Source: a virus
DNA: 64,000 nucleotides
Virus record (IMG/VR): IMGVR_UViG_3300006899_000005
Strand: one strand, 5' to 3'
Below, piece after piece: positions 1 to 9,731 of the stretch. The first letter of the stretch is position 1, and every line of letters begins with the position of its first letter. Below the pieces are notes generated by a model. The model was not told the origin of the DNA and ran no database searches. It saw only the letters and a program-made list of their open reading frames with translations. The position numbers and the translations under genes were made by a program.

Positions 1-8
1 AGATTCGA

Positions 9-215
9 ATGAAGAAAAAAGCTTCTCCTGGACATCAGCACTCCTTGTCCAGGTTCGCAACCATCGTGGACAACGTGTTCTGCCTCAAGGACGACACAAA
101 CCCTCACCTTGAGGGGAAGGGCGTGCTGACCATCGAGGTACAGTGCGAAAGCTGCGGCGCCAGGGCGAGGTTCCAGGTCGCCGAGGATCAACTGAAGTTC
201 GACAAGGAGGACTGA
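9..215 (+). CDS. small CxxC hypothetical protein, paralogue of 510..686
   Basis: 68-aa ORF with 'IEVQCESCG...F.V....KFDKED'; TGATG coupling to next gene. Confidence 0.6.
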   Translation: MKKKASPGHQHSLSRFATIVDNVFCLKDDTNPHLEGKGVLTIEVQCESCGARARFQVAEDQLKFDKED

Positions 216-442
216 TGAACAAAAGCGATAACCCTCCATTCGACATCAACGAATGGTCTTGCGCCATGACGAGGTGGCTTGACCAGATCAACACGGCCCA
301 CCTTCGCAAGGAAGACGGCTCGCCGGCCTGCGGCGCCAGGTACTACTGCATGGGCGGCCCCTTCGACGGGATCGATCGCGTGCCGAAGTGCCGCAACTGC
401 GAGCGCATCTGGCGGGCCAGGTGGCGGCGCGCGAACGCCTGA
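215..442 (+). CDS. small Cys-rich hypothetical protein
   Basis: AAGGAGG RBS, TGATG overlap with upstream gene, 'PACG...KCRNC'. Confidence 0.6.
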   Translation: MNKSDNPPFDINEWSCAMTRWLDQINTAHLRKEDGSPACGARYYCMGGPFDGIDRVPKCRNCERIWRARWRRANA

Positions 443-509
443 AAGCCATAACCCAGGCTGGCCGCTGGGCAGGCGACCGGGGACATCATGTCCGCCGATT
501 GGAGGAAAC

Positions 510-686
510 ATGAAATGCGAGCATGAGCCGGACGTCATGTCCGCGCAGCTTGCGCACGACGTGTTGCGAGACGGAGACGTCATCGTGGACATCTGGTGCA
601 GGAAGTGCGGCAAGTCGGGATCGGCCAAGATCCCGGTCGAAGACTTCTACTTCGACGAAGATGATGACCAATGCCAGGCCCCGTTA
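510..686 (+). CDS. small CxxC hypothetical protein (ends at TTA)
   Basis: GGAGG RBS; 'VDIWCRKCG...IPVEDFYFDEDD' resembles 9..215; in-frame TTA at 684 gives 58 aa, similar to the paralogue, instead of a 280-nt overlap with the next gene. Confidence 0.6.
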
Positions 687-1417
687 CCTTCGTCTCCGAC
701 TCGTCCGACGCGAAGCTGGTCGTCTCGCGTCGCAGCCCCGGAGCTTTGCTCCGGTGCGCTGCGACGTACCGACCGATCCGTCAGACGTGTCGGCAAGAGG
801 AGTGTGTGCTCCACCCAGCTCGGGCGGCCGTGGGGCGCAAGTGCTACGTCGTCCGCAGCAACGTCGGGTTTCACAACCGACGCCTCGAAGGCTTGGCCGA
901 GGCGAGCGACGCTACCGCGCTATCCATATCGCGCGAGGAAGCCCGGCTGATCCTCGCCTTCGCCAAGGCCCAGCCCCGTCCCATCTACCTCGACCTACGC
1001 CTCGGCGTGTCCGGCGAGGTGAGCGGCCCCAAGGGGGCCCGCGCCCTGGCCGATGCAGCCGCGCACTGGCTAGCTCATGTGGGCGGCAAGTTGTGGGGCT
1101 ACACGCACGCCTGGCGCCGCGTCCTTCGGCGCTCGTTCGGCCAGGCTTCGGTGCTGGCCAGTGTGGACCGGCCGGAGGACATCGTGTCCGCCATACTACG
1201 CGGGTACGTCCCCGCGATCGTGGTGGAGAGGCACGATGGGACGGCACCGTTCGTGGTGAACGGCCACAGGTTCATTCGTTGCCCGAATGAGACCATGGGC
1301 ATGGCTTGCGTCGAGTGCAGGCTGTGCCTCGACGACGGCAGGCTTCGAGAGCGAGGCTTCGGCATCGCTTTCGCGAGGAAGAAAAACAAGGTACACCTGA
1401 AGGTGATAGGAGGTTAG
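671..1417 (+). CDS. Cys-rich, probably Fe-S/metal-binding phage protein (Gp88/DUF7227-like)
   Basis: TC..C...CY, LRLGVSGE, WGYTHAW, VLASVD, CP.....C..C.LC motifs. Confidence 0.6.
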   Translation: MPGPVTFVSDSSDAKLVVSRRSPGALLRCAATYRPIRQTCRQEECVLHPARAAVGRKCYVVRSNVGFHNRRLEGLAEASDATALSISREEARLILAFAKAQPRPIYLDLRLGVSGEVSGPKGARALADAAAHWLAHVGGKLWGYTHAWRRVLRRSFGQASVLASVDRPEDIVSAILRGYVPAIVVERHDGTAPFVVNGHRFIRCPNETMGMACVECRLCLDDGRLRERGFGIAFARKKNKVHLKVIGG

Positions 1418-1419
1418 CG

Positions 1420-1638
1420 ATGTCGCAGACCGTTTATATCGTGATGCGAGAGAACAACCCTGCGGACGACCCGGCCGTCTTCGAGTCGAGGCTCGACGCC
1501 CTGAACTGCGCAGTCCTCGCGATGTCCGAGAAGGGCAGAGAAGAGATCGAGGATGAGGACGAGGCGGAAGAGGAGTACGACGAGCTTGTGAACGCCAGCG
1601 ACGACCCTTGGCTTGTTGTTGCTGCCGACTTGATCTAG
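1420..1638 (+). CDS. small acidic hypothetical protein
   Basis: AGGAGG RBS, acidic composition. Confidence 0.6.
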   Translation: MSQTVYIVMRENNPADDPAVFESRLDALNCAVLAMSEKGREEIEDEDEAEEEYDELVNASDDPWLVVAADLI

Positions 1639-1682
1639 CCCACCAGGAGCAAGGGCCGGTTCGACTCCGGCCGTGGGCTCTA
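1638..1682 (+). ncRNA. mini-tRNA-like element (acceptor stem plus T-arm)
   Basis: GCCCAC...GCCGG-TTCGACT-CCGGC-C-GTGGGC directly after a stop codon. Confidence 0.55.
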
Positions 1683-1713
1683 GGAATGCGCCACGCATTC
1701 CTTGGAGGAGAAC

Positions 1714-2091
1714 ATGGGATACACAACGGACTTCGAGGGCAGATTCAGGCTCAACAAGAGGCTCAAGAAGTCGCACGAGAAAAAGCTGAAGGATTTCGCC
1801 GGGGGGTATCACTCCAAAGAAAATGGCGGATGCCCTGGTGGGTACTGCCAGTGGGTTCCCACCGACGACGGCGAGGCCATCGTGTGGGATGGCAATGAGA
1901 AGTTCTACGACTACATCGATTGGATCGAGTACCTCGTCAAGGAGTTCATCGATCCGTGGGGCTACGTCCTCAACGGCGAGGTCGAGTGGACCGGCGAAGA
2001 TCCTCGCGACATCGGCAAGATCGAGATCAAGGACAACAAGGTCACCGTGTACGACGGCAAGGTCGTCTACGAGGAGAGGGGGAATGGCTAG
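1714..2091 (+). CDS. phage hypothetical protein (MGYTTDF-type)
   Basis: GGAGGAG RBS; YCQW, WDGNEKFY, LNGEVEWTGED motifs. Confidence 0.75.
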   Translation: MGYTTDFEGRFRLNKRLKKSHEKKLKDFAGGYHSKENGGCPGGYCQWVPTDDGEAIVWDGNEKFYDYIDWIEYLVKEFIDPWGYVLNGEVEWTGEDPRDIGKIEIKDNKVTVYDGKVVYEERGNG

Positions 2092-2285
2092 TGTTGTTCC
2101 GATACGCCGTAAAACTTCACGGAGGGGACGAGATAGAACTGAAGTCCACTGGAGAAGTGGGGAAAGTTCTGTCCACGTATGTGGACAAAACAAATAAGGT
2201 GGTTCGCATTGAAGCCATATTCCCCGCGTCTGGTTACATACCGATGGATAACCTTACGCACCGGGACATCTTGTAGGGGACAAAA

Positions 2286-2516
2286 ATGAAGATCAAGTTC
2301 CCAGGCCAGCTCGTCATCGAAGAGCGCATCCTCGACGACATTGTTACGGCACTCAAGAGTGAGTCCGAGAAGCTGAAAAAGATCATCGGGCAGAAAGACC
2401 CTCGTCTTCCCGAGGTGTACTGGATGTCCGTGCAGAAAGACTTCGAGCTTCGATCGGCCGAGCTTGAGGCGCTCGCCGACAAGCTCGAAAGCGCGGAGTG
2501 GGAGGAAGTCGAGTAA
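2286..2516 (+). CDS. hypothetical protein
   Basis: 76-aa ORF, AGGGGA RBS, TAA stop. Confidence 0.65.
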   Translation: MKIKFPGQLVIEERILDDIVTALKSESEKLKKIIGQKDPRLPEVYWMSVQKDFELRSAELEALADKLESAEWEEVE

Positions 2517-2562
2517 GGCCGACGTGGTGGAATCGCAGGTTCGACTCCTGCGATCGGCCCCA
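2517..2562 (+). ncRNA. mini-tRNA-like element ending in CCA
   Basis: GGCCGA...GCAGG-TTCGACT-CCTGC-GA-TCGGCC-CCA, followed at once by the palindrome. Confidence 0.6.
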
Positions 2563-2587
2563 GGACATCATGTCCTTTGGAGGAAGA

Positions 2588-3127
2588 ATGGCAAAGAGAA
2601 AGCTAACGGAAGAAGAACTCCAGGCGTTGAGGCACCTCGCCATGCGAGTCGGCCTGGGAACGCCTGTGTGCAAGGAGCTTGAGCCGGCGACGGCCAAGTT
2701 CCTCTCCAACCGCGGACTCGTCCGCCTTATCAAAGGAGAGATATTCTCCAAATACGAAATCACCCATGAAGGTCTCTCCGAGATCGCGGCGTCGGGCAGA
2801 ACAACTCTGTATGACCCGCGCGACCTGTTCTTTAGGTACAAATCGATCTTCGACACCGTGAAGCCTCTGCTTGACAGGATGTCGCTTCGAGTCATGGGTC
2901 TGATGGAGTACGTCGACCCGGCCTATCCTCACAGGAACCTGGAGAACATCCTGTTCCTCAGGAAGGATGAGGGCCTGTGGAGGAGGGAGCACTTTGGCGA
3001 CGCTGACATGTTGCTTGGAAAACTGAGCAACTGGCTGTCCAACACGATCGAAGGGAATCTTGAAACGGCCGCCTACGACGAGAAAAATCTCATGTCGAAG
3101 GCGGAGTGGCTGAAGAAAAAACCTTGA
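2588..3127 (+). CDS. hypothetical protein, possible N-terminal winged HTH
   Basis: GGAGG RBS; 'FLSNRGLV...YEITHEG' is wHTH-like. Confidence 0.6.
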   Translation: MAKRKLTEEELQALRHLAMRVGLGTPVCKELEPATAKFLSNRGLVRLIKGEIFSKYEITHEGLSEIAASGRTTLYDPRDLFFRYKSIFDTVKPLLDRMSLRVMGLMEYVDPAYPHRNLENILFLRKDEGLWRREHFGDADMLLGKLSNWLSNTIEGNLETAAYDEKNLMSKAEWLKKKP

Positions 3128-3198
3128 CCTGAAGGGACAAGTCGGGTGCGAGACCCGAGCAAGGTTCCGCCTTGAACAAGGCGAAAGGAGTCACGAAC

Positions 3199-3561
3199 AT
3201 GAGGCAGAAGAACGAAAAGAAGTCCGCAGAGAAGCCTTCCGATGGAGTCGACACGGAAGAACTCGTGGACGCCATCCTCGAAGACCTCGACGACGAAGAG
3301 GTGGAAGAAGCGGCTCGCGAGGCGGTGGCTGCCCGCGTCGGCAAGATGGGCAAGAAGCAGAGGGAGGACATGTACCACGATCTGGTCGTGCAGCCTGACA
3401 ACCGCAACGACGTGGTCATCACGGCGCTGATGAGGATGGCCGAGAGCATGGGAAAGACAGACGACTACCTTCCAGAGGGATGGACGAAGAAGGAAGTCCA
3501 GGCGTTCCTGAAAGACTTCGAGAGCGGGAAGTTCTGCGTCGAAGAGTGCGACGAAGACTGA
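3199..3561 (+). CDS. acidic hypothetical protein
   Basis: AAGGAG RBS, genome-typical codon usage. Confidence 0.65.
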   Translation: MRQKNEKKSAEKPSDGVDTEELVDAILEDLDDEEVEEAAREAVAARVGKMGKKQREDMYHDLVVQPDNRNDVVITALMRMAESMGKTDDYLPEGWTKKEVQAFLKDFESGKFCVEECDED

Positions 3562-3609
3562 GGCGTGACCGATGAGTCGGCGCGGGTTCGCGACCCGACG
3601 CGCCTTCCA
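3561..3609 (+). ncRNA. mini-tRNA-like element ending in CCA
   Basis: AGGCGTG...CGGG-TTCGCGA-CCCG-A-CGCGCCT-TCCA followed by the palindrome. Confidence 0.5.
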
Positions 3610-3643
3610 CCGGACATCATGTCCGGCTACAAGGAGAACAAGA

Positions 3644-4954
3644 ATGGCAAGGCACGAGCTGACGATCAGCGAAACGTACGCATCCCCTTGGGGCCTGTCC
3701 GAGGCGATCCGGGAGATCATCCAGAACGCCCAGGACTCCCAGGTGGACGGACATCCCATGTCCGTCGAGCACAAAAAGGACAGGCTGATCGTGTGCAACC
3801 GTGGCATCACGCTGGACCACAGCGTGTTCCTCCTGGGCAACACCAGCAAGGCGTTCCGCAGGGATCAAGCTGGCCAGTTCGGCGAGGGCCTGAAGCTCGC
3901 GATGCTGGTATGCGCCCGCAAGGGCATCCCCATGGTCATGCGCAACGGGGACGAGGTGTGGGAGCCCAAGATCGAGGCAAGCGAGAAGTACAACGGGCAG
4001 AGCATCCTGGTCGTCCACACCCGCAAGGGCGGCAAAGACGAGAACAGGTTCCAGGTGGAGATCGGGTTCCCTTCCGAGACGTGGGAAGGAGAGAAGTGGA
4101 GGTACCTGTCCGTCTCTCCGAGGTCGAGGAAGGAAGTCATCAACACCACGCGAGGCAAGGTGCTGATGGGCGAGAAGGACAAGGGCCGCATCTTCGTGAA
4201 GGGAATCTACGTCTGCTCCATTGACGACGCCGGGTTCGGCTACGACCTCTACGACGCCCAGCTCGACAGGGAGCGCAACGTGGTCGGCTCCTACAACCTC
4301 AGGGAGATCGTGAAGGATATGATGCAGGAGGCCACGTCCCAGGGCCTCGTGTCCGTCCAGACACTATGGGACATGATGTCCAGAGGTTGCCCCGAGGTGA
4401 ACGTGGGCGACTACGACGTGGCGAACGCCAAGCTGGCGAAGACGATCTCGGACGAGTTCGTCCGCCGATTCGGCGCGGGCTCCTTCCCCGTCACCAGCAT
4501 GGCTGACGCGGCCGACTTGCAACACCTGGGCAAGTCCGGCGTCATGGTGTCCTCCCACATCGTCAACGCGATGAAGCCTGTCTTCGGCAGCATCGACGAC
4601 GTGAGGAAGAAGCTCAAGGACGCCATCAAAGAGACCGTACAGTGGGTTGACCTGACCGACACGGAGAAGCGCAACATCGACCAGGCCATCCTGGAGATGA
4701 ACGCCGTGCCTGACGTGAGCGTCAAGCTGTCCGATGTCGAGGTGGCGATCTTCCTGGACGGACGGCTGAGGGGCATGTACAAGGGCGGCAAGGCGATCTT
4801 GTCCAGGCAAGTCCTGTCCGATCTGCCCAGCACCCTGGGCGTGCTCATTCACGAGGTGGCCCACAGTAAGGGTGTCGACGGGGACAAGGCGCACGTCGCG
4901 GAGATCGAGAGGGTGTGGCGCCACGTCTACGAGAACAAGATCAGGGAGGCGTAG
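3644..4954 (+). CDS. GHKL/HATPase_c ATPase with C-terminal HExxH metallopeptidase-like domain
   Basis: AIREIIQNAQD, LLGNTSK, GQFGEGLK; 'LIHEVAH'. Confidence 0.8.
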   Translation: MARHELTISETYASPWGLSEAIREIIQNAQDSQVDGHPMSVEHKKDRLIVCNRGITLDHSVFLLGNTSKAFRRDQAGQFGEGLKLAMLVCARKGIPMVMRNGDEVWEPKIEASEKYNGQSILVVHTRKGGKDENRFQVEIGFPSETWEGEKWRYLSVSPRSRKEVINTTRGKVLMGEKDKGRIFVKGIYVCSIDDAGFGYDLYDAQLDRERNVVGSYNLREIVKDMMQEATSQGLVSVQTLWDMMSRGCPEVNVGDYDVANAKLAKTISDEFVRRFGAGSFPVTSMADAADLQHLGKSGVMVSSHIVNAMKPVFGSIDDVRKKLKDAIKETVQWVDLTDTEKRNIDQAILEMNAVPDVSVKLSDVEVAIFLDGRLRGMYKGGKAILSRQVLSDLPSTLGVLIHEVAHSKGVDGDKAHVAEIERVWRHVYENKIREA

Positions 4955-4956
4955 CC

Positions 4957-5520
4957 ATGAAGGAGCCGAATCAAGAGGAGATTGACAAGGCCGAGGTTGA
5001 CTACTGGTCATCGATGGAAAGGACGCCTCACGAGTTGAGGAACAAGCTCCACCGGATGCTCAAGCACGAGCTATCGCGCAACAGGCTCGTTCGAGGTGCA
5101 TCGAACCACAGTTTTCCCATCGCCAAGGAGGCAAAGGAGTCCCCTGTCATGTCGGCTGTCTTCGGCCATCCGTCCATGCCAGACGATATGCTGATCCTGC
5201 TCCTCAGGTCGGGATGGCTGTCGGCGTGGAGGAACCCGCTTTCTCCTCTTTTGGTCGGCTCGATTCATCCGGAGATGTGGATGAACGGACTTTGGAGGGC
5301 CATGTGCCTGCATCCTTCCATGGGGATCACGTTCGGCGTATACAGCCTGCGTCCGAAACTCAAGATGAACGACTGGCTCGACGACCTGGCCAGCTACGAC
5401 TGGTCGAACTACAGCTACCCAGCCCTGGAGGAGATGTGGTCCGAGCCCGTCCGGCTGCTCCTCCACGAGGCCCTGACAGAGAAAGACAGGCGCCTGAGTA
5501 AAATAAAAAAATCACCTTGA
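4957..5520 (+). CDS. hypothetical protein
   Basis: GGAGG RBS, 187-aa ORF in operon. Confidence 0.6.
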   Translation: MKEPNQEEIDKAEVDYWSSMERTPHELRNKLHRMLKHELSRNRLVRGASNHSFPIAKEAKESPVMSAVFGHPSMPDDMLILLLRSGWLSAWRNPLSPLLVGSIHPEMWMNGLWRAMCLHPSMGITFGVYSLRPKLKMNDWLDDLASYDWSNYSYPALEEMWSEPVRLLLHEALTEKDRRLSKIKKSP

Positions 5521-5620
5521 CAAGATTCTTCGTGTGATACATCGTTCGGTCTTGACAAGACGAAACAACAGGTGCCATGGTGGCTCAAGGAGGACATGAT
5601 GTCCTCAAGGAGGCACAACC

Positions 5621-7015
5621 ATGTCCCTCACCCAACCCCAGGCCGTTGCCATCCGTCAGTGCCTTGACGCGAGTGGAAGGCAAGTAAGATTCAAAAAAGG
5701 TTTTCTCTCGGGCCGAGCGCTCCCGAGAGGCGCGATCCCCTCCCAAGTGGCCTGCTGCCTCGAAAGGAAGGGGATGGGTTCCATCAAGAGAACAAACGCT
5801 CACGCAGAAGGCTGGTTCTTCCTGAACAACGTCGGGGAGGCAGCCTACAAGAAACACCGCAAGGAGATCGAGAAGATGAACAACGAGACCGTGTCCCCCA
5901 CCTCCACCAACGACGCCGCCACCTCGGAGCCCAAGCCGGCCGAGACCAAGGCCAACGGCAAGCACAAGCCGGAGGCCAAGGCCAACGGCAAGCACAAGCC
6001 AGCCGATCTGCTCGCGCCCAACGGCAAGGCCCCGGTCCTCATCGAGGTGTTCCCGGAGGAGGTGGAGATCCCCACCGATCCGAAGCACCCGCTGTACGAC
6101 CGCCGCGCCATCGAGCCGCTCGACGACAAGGTGTTCAAGGACATCATGGCCAACGGGATCCGGATCCCCATCGCCGTGCGCGAGAAGCCGGAGGAGAAGG
6201 GCAAGTACGAGATCATCGACGGCCGCACCCGGCTCCGCTCGGCCCGGGAGATCAATCGCCTCAAGGGCGACGGCAACCAGCAGCCCATCAAGATCCAGGC
6301 GCAGCTCTACGACGTCAAGACGCCCCTGGAGGCCGCCTCGCTGAAGCACGACTTCAACGAGATGCGCAACCAGCGAGACCCGCTCGGCAAGATCGAGGCC
6401 ATGGTCGAGCTGGTCGACCTGGGCATGAGCCAGCTCGAAGTGGCGGCCAAGTTCGGCGTTGTGCCGAAGACCGTGGGCCGCGCAAAGAAGGTCATGAAGG
6501 AGGGCAGCGATGCCCTGCACAAGGCCCTGCGCGACGGCGTCGTGACGCTGGTCCAGGCGATCGACATCGCCCACAACTACGCCAAGGACGACCAGGAGAA
6601 GATGGTCGAGTACGTCGCCGACCGCCAGAAGAAGCTCGACAAGGAGTGCGCCGGAAAGGACGACCAGGAAGGCGAGGAGAAGGAGTCCGAGCACAAGGCC
6701 AAGAAGAAGAAGCCGAAGGCCCTCAAGAGGGACATCTACATGCCCCTCGTCATCGACATGCGGAAGAACCCGCTCAACAGCAAGATACAGAAGCACACCG
6801 ACGATGACATGAAGCAGGCCATCGTCAACGCCCTCGCCTTCGCCTCCGGCGAGGAGAGCGCCAAGGGCAAGCTCTGCGCCGACCTGGAGGCCATCGGCTG
6901 GGAGGATCCCGGCAGCTACCTGGAGCCCCGCGCCAAGAAGGTCAAGGAGGCGAAGGAGGCCAAGGCCAAGGAGCCCAAGGGGAAGAAGGGCAAGAAGGCC
7001 GGCAAGAAAGCCTGA
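5621..7015 (+). CDS. ParB/Spo0J-like protein (ParBc domain plus HTH) with Lys-rich tail
   Basis: GIRIPIAV...YEIIDGRTRLRSA; HTH 'MSQLEVAAKFGVVPKTVGR'; strong codon bias; AAGGAGG RBS. Confidence 0.8.
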   Translation: MSLTQPQAVAIRQCLDASGRQVRFKKGFLSGRALPRGAIPSQVACCLERKGMGSIKRTNAHAEGWFFLNNVGEAAYKKHRKEIEKMNNETVSPTSTNDAATSEPKPAETKANGKHKPEAKANGKHKPADLLAPNGKAPVLIEVFPEEVEIPTDPKHPLYDRRAIEPLDDKVFKDIMANGIRIPIAVREKPEEKGKYEIIDGRTRLRSAREINRLKGDGNQQPIKIQAQLYDVKTPLEAASLKHDFNEMRNQRDPLGKIEAMVELVDLGMSQLEVAAKFGVVPKTVGRAKKVMKEGSDALHKALRDGVVTLVQAIDIAHNYAKDDQEKMVEYVADRQKKLDKECAGKDDQEGEEKESEHKAKKKKPKALKRDIYMPLVIDMRKNPLNSKIQKHTDDDMKQAIVNALAFASGEESAKGKLCADLEAIGWEDPGSYLEPRAKKVKEAKEAKAKEPKGKKGKKAGKKA

Positions 7016-7019
7016 GCCA

Positions 7020-7066
7020 AGCCACGCCGGCAGGCAGCCCGGGTTCGAGCCCCGGCGGTGGCTCCA
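7020..7066 (+). ncRNA. mini-tRNA-like element ending in CCA
   Basis: AGCCAC...CCGGG-TTCGAGC-CCCGG-CG-GTGGCT-CCA, then palindrome at 7069. Confidence 0.6.
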
Positions 7067-7099
7067 CAGGACATGGTGTCCTGTTAGCAAGGAATCGGC

Positions 7100-7447
7100 A
7101 TGAAGAAACGCCGCGATCACGTATCGACGGAAGGTCTCCAGGTAGACCCTCCGTCCAGGCACATCCGCAAGATCCCACACCTCGTCGTGTCCAGCGGAGG
7201 CATCGCCATCGCGACCGTGTGGGAGATAGGTTACATGAGGATGTTCGTTCATCCTGGCATCAAGAAGCCGAAGGCCAGGTCAGCCGAGTACCTCGGCGAG
7301 GCCAGGCTCAACGAGGGCATGTACGAGATAGATATAGTGATCCCGTCGGTCACCCCGACGCACAAGCCCGAGACCAGGAGGCTAAGGCACGCAGGGTGGC
7401 ACGACCTGCTCGCCGTCGCCTACTTCATGAGGAGGGGGAACGTGTAG
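7100..7447 (+). CDS. hypothetical protein
   Basis: 115-aa ORF in operon. Confidence 0.55.
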   Translation: MKKRRDHVSTEGLQVDPPSRHIRKIPHLVVSSGGIAIATVWEIGYMRMFVHPGIKKPKARSAEYLGEARLNEGMYEIDIVIPSVTPTHKPETRRLRHAGWHDLLAVAYFMRRGNV

Positions 7448-7816
7448 ATGATCGTTTCGGAAGACGAGCTGTACGAGACACAATGTCCCGTGCCCCTGTG
7501 GAAGTGCGACAAGTGCAACACAACGCTGTCGCTGTCGACGAAGTGCGACTGCAAGAGATGGAAGTCGCGCATGAACGACCGCAGCAAAAAGCTGCTGCGG
7601 CTCATGCGTGGCATGAGCGAAGAGAGACCGCTAGGGTTCGACGAGATCGCCAAGGCGTGCGGGCTACCGCGCATGTCAGTCAAGTCTTTCCTTTCGCGCC
7701 AGGCTTGCAAGCCGAAGGTGGACTGGAAAGGCATGGAGATCGCGTTCATCCGCACGTCCGGAGGATACCAACTGAGCCGCAGGCTCACGGAAGACGAGAG
7801 AAAGTTCGAGGCGTTA
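7448..7816 (+). CDS. Zn-ribbon/HTH hypothetical protein (ends at TTA)
   Basis: CxxC...CxC and 'FDEIAKACGLPRMSVKSFL'; TTA at 7814 lies 1 nt before the next gene's GTG. Confidence 0.6.
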
Positions 7817-7817
7817 C

Positions 7818-8015
7818 GTGTCATTCTTCATCAGCTTTTACATGGTCGGCATGTCCGTCACGGCGATGCTTGTGATGTTCGGAAAGGCTTCCGGCATGAT
7901 GCGTTTCGACACGGAGGAAGACGGAGAGGCCGATGCGGTCGACTACGTCTTCTGGATCCTGGCCTGGCCCAGGATTCTCGCCATGATCATCGCTGCCATC
8001 TACAGGAGGTTTTGA
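7818..8015 (+). CDS. small two-TM membrane protein
   Basis: Two hydrophobic segments; TGATG coupling to next gene. Confidence 0.6.
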   Translation: MSFFISFYMVGMSVTAMLVMFGKASGMMRFDTEEDGEADAVDYVFWILAWPRILAMIIAAIYRRF

Positions 8016-8824
8016 TGTACACAAACCCAAGGGCCATCAACGGGTGGTGCGTTTCCCACCACGCCGCCGGAAGGTTCTTCGATCGCATCATCGGACAGGC
8101 TCTGTCCTACGAGCTTTCGAGGTCCAACATCGTCAACTGGCTTCGGAACCACGCCTGGGAAGCTCAGCCAACGGGATTCAAGACCAGGGAGGGGCAGGAT
8201 GTCTACCGCCTCGCGCACCCATGGCGAGGCCCAGACGCCGCCCTGGTCGTGAAGGTAGACAAGGACGGAACGAAGGCGGTCGTCACCATCGGAGGGTGGG
8301 AAGACGAGGAGATTGTTGAGCTATGGGCTCCTCCGGACAAGCCCGACCCCTCTCCTCCGCCGGAGCCTCCTGTCAAGAAGCCCAAGGAGGCCCCCGTTCC
8401 CCTCGTATTCGAGATTCCCTCGAATCTTCGCCGCCACCCCGAAGGTATGTCTCTGGGCTTCATCTCTCCGGGTGTAACCGTCAACATGGACATCATGTCC
8501 TACGAGGAGCTGAAGGCGTGGGAGGCTTGGCTTGGCGGCGTGAACAGCGCTCTGTCGCACAACTCGGAGCATGAAAGGCACAAGGAGTCTCTTGGGTTCA
8601 GGAGGCTTTGCAAGGCCAAGGCTCACGAGATGCTCATGAGGACCTCTCCTCAGTTCAAGAAAGTCGACGGCAGCTCGATGGATAAGAAGGTTTCGTATTA
8701 CGTGAGCCTGGTGGAAGCCCTCGGCGTCGTGACCCGAAGTGAACTTGGAGAAATCGAGTCGGCGAGGATCTTTTGCATGGCCAAGAAGATGGCCGACCCT
8801 GGCCTGGAAACGGAGAGCGAGTTA
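8015..8824 (+). CDS. hypothetical protein (ends at TTA)
   Basis: AGGAGG RBS; 'VSHHAAGRFFDRI'; TTA at 8822 followed by G-ATG of next gene. Confidence 0.6.
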
Positions 8825-8825
8825 G

Positions 8826-9008
8826 ATGGCAAGGATCATCGAGAAGCCCAAAGAAAAGACCGTCAAGTGCCACAACTGCACGAGCGTCATCGGATACACG
8901 TTCGACGACGTCTCTGAGTATCGAGACTCAGACGGAGACGTTCGACGTCTGATCGCTTGTCCCAAGTGCAACGTCAGGATAGCTGTCTCAGAGTTCTCTA
9001 AGGAGTAA
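8826..9008 (+). CDS. small Zn-ribbon protein
   Basis: CHNC...CPKC. Confidence 0.7.
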   Translation: MARIIEKPKEKTVKCHNCTSVIGYTFDDVSEYRDSDGDVRRLIACPKCNVRIAVSEFSKE

Positions 9009-9009
9009 C

Positions 9010-9714
9010 ATGTTCGAGAAGATGTTTTCGCAAGAAACCTGTAGCAAAGGTTTCGTCGGAGCATCCATAGAGGATGCGTCCATGGTCATTCTTCTAGACA
9101 AGAAGTTCATCGGGATGAGGAAAGATCGTCCGGTTGACTTCCAGCGTGAGTGCGCGAGCGCCTACGCCCCATCGATCATGTACGGAGGATACCTCGAAAA
9201 CAGGATGACGTTTCTTTTTGAAACGTACCTCAACGGCCCCAACATGTCCTTCATCCACCTCGGAGTGGACATCTGGGTGCCACACGGCACGGCCGTTATG
9301 TCCACACGCGACATGGAGGTTATCGGAACCTTCGTCGACAAGGACCAGGAGGGAGGGTGGGGAACCGTCGTGATAGCCAGGTCGCTGGAGTCCCACATGC
9401 TCGACAAGATTTTCTTGTTCGCACACCTCAAATTCAACGCGAGGCAACCTCGCGTAGAAGAGTTGCTTGACGGAGAGGTGATAGGAGTTGTCGGAGGATC
9501 GGGAGAGAATGGAGGTTGGCACCCGCACCTTCACATCCAGTGCGTCAACCTGGGGTCTCCCATGGCCGAAAAGATCGGTCTGAGTAACAAGTTGTTCCGC
9601 AGGGGAGGCATCAAGGACTTCATGTCCTCCATCGACGGTTACGCGACAGACAGGGGCATCCTCAACTCGGAGCTGGCCGAGTTCTGCCCGGACCCTATTC
9701 CCCTGCTGTTCTAG
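9010..9714 (+). CDS. M23-family metallopeptidase-like protein
   Basis: HLGVD (HxxxD), FAHL, NGGWHPHLH (HxH). Confidence 0.8.
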   Translation: MFEKMFSQETCSKGFVGASIEDASMVILLDKKFIGMRKDRPVDFQRECASAYAPSIMYGGYLENRMTFLFETYLNGPNMSFIHLGVDIWVPHGTAVMSTRDMEVIGTFVDKDQEGGWGTVVIARSLESHMLDKIFLFAHLKFNARQPRVEELLDGEVIGVVGGSGENGGWHPHLHIQCVNLGSPMAEKIGLSNKLFRRGGIKDFMSSIDGYATDRGILNSELAEFCPDPIPLLF

Positions 9715-9731
9715 TGTGCTAGCCTCGCGGC

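Noticed and set aside
5585..7252. Long antisense ORFs (for example 555 aa opposite ParB, 475 aa opposite the helicase, 403 aa opposite a glycosyltransferase)
   Set aside because: Shadow ORFs caused by GC3 bias; the opposite strand carries the recognisable domains.
7448..8917. Single 489-aa ORF from the track
   Set aside because: It spans a separate membrane-protein gene in another frame and an internal RBS/ATG at 8015; it is better read as separate genes ending at TTA.
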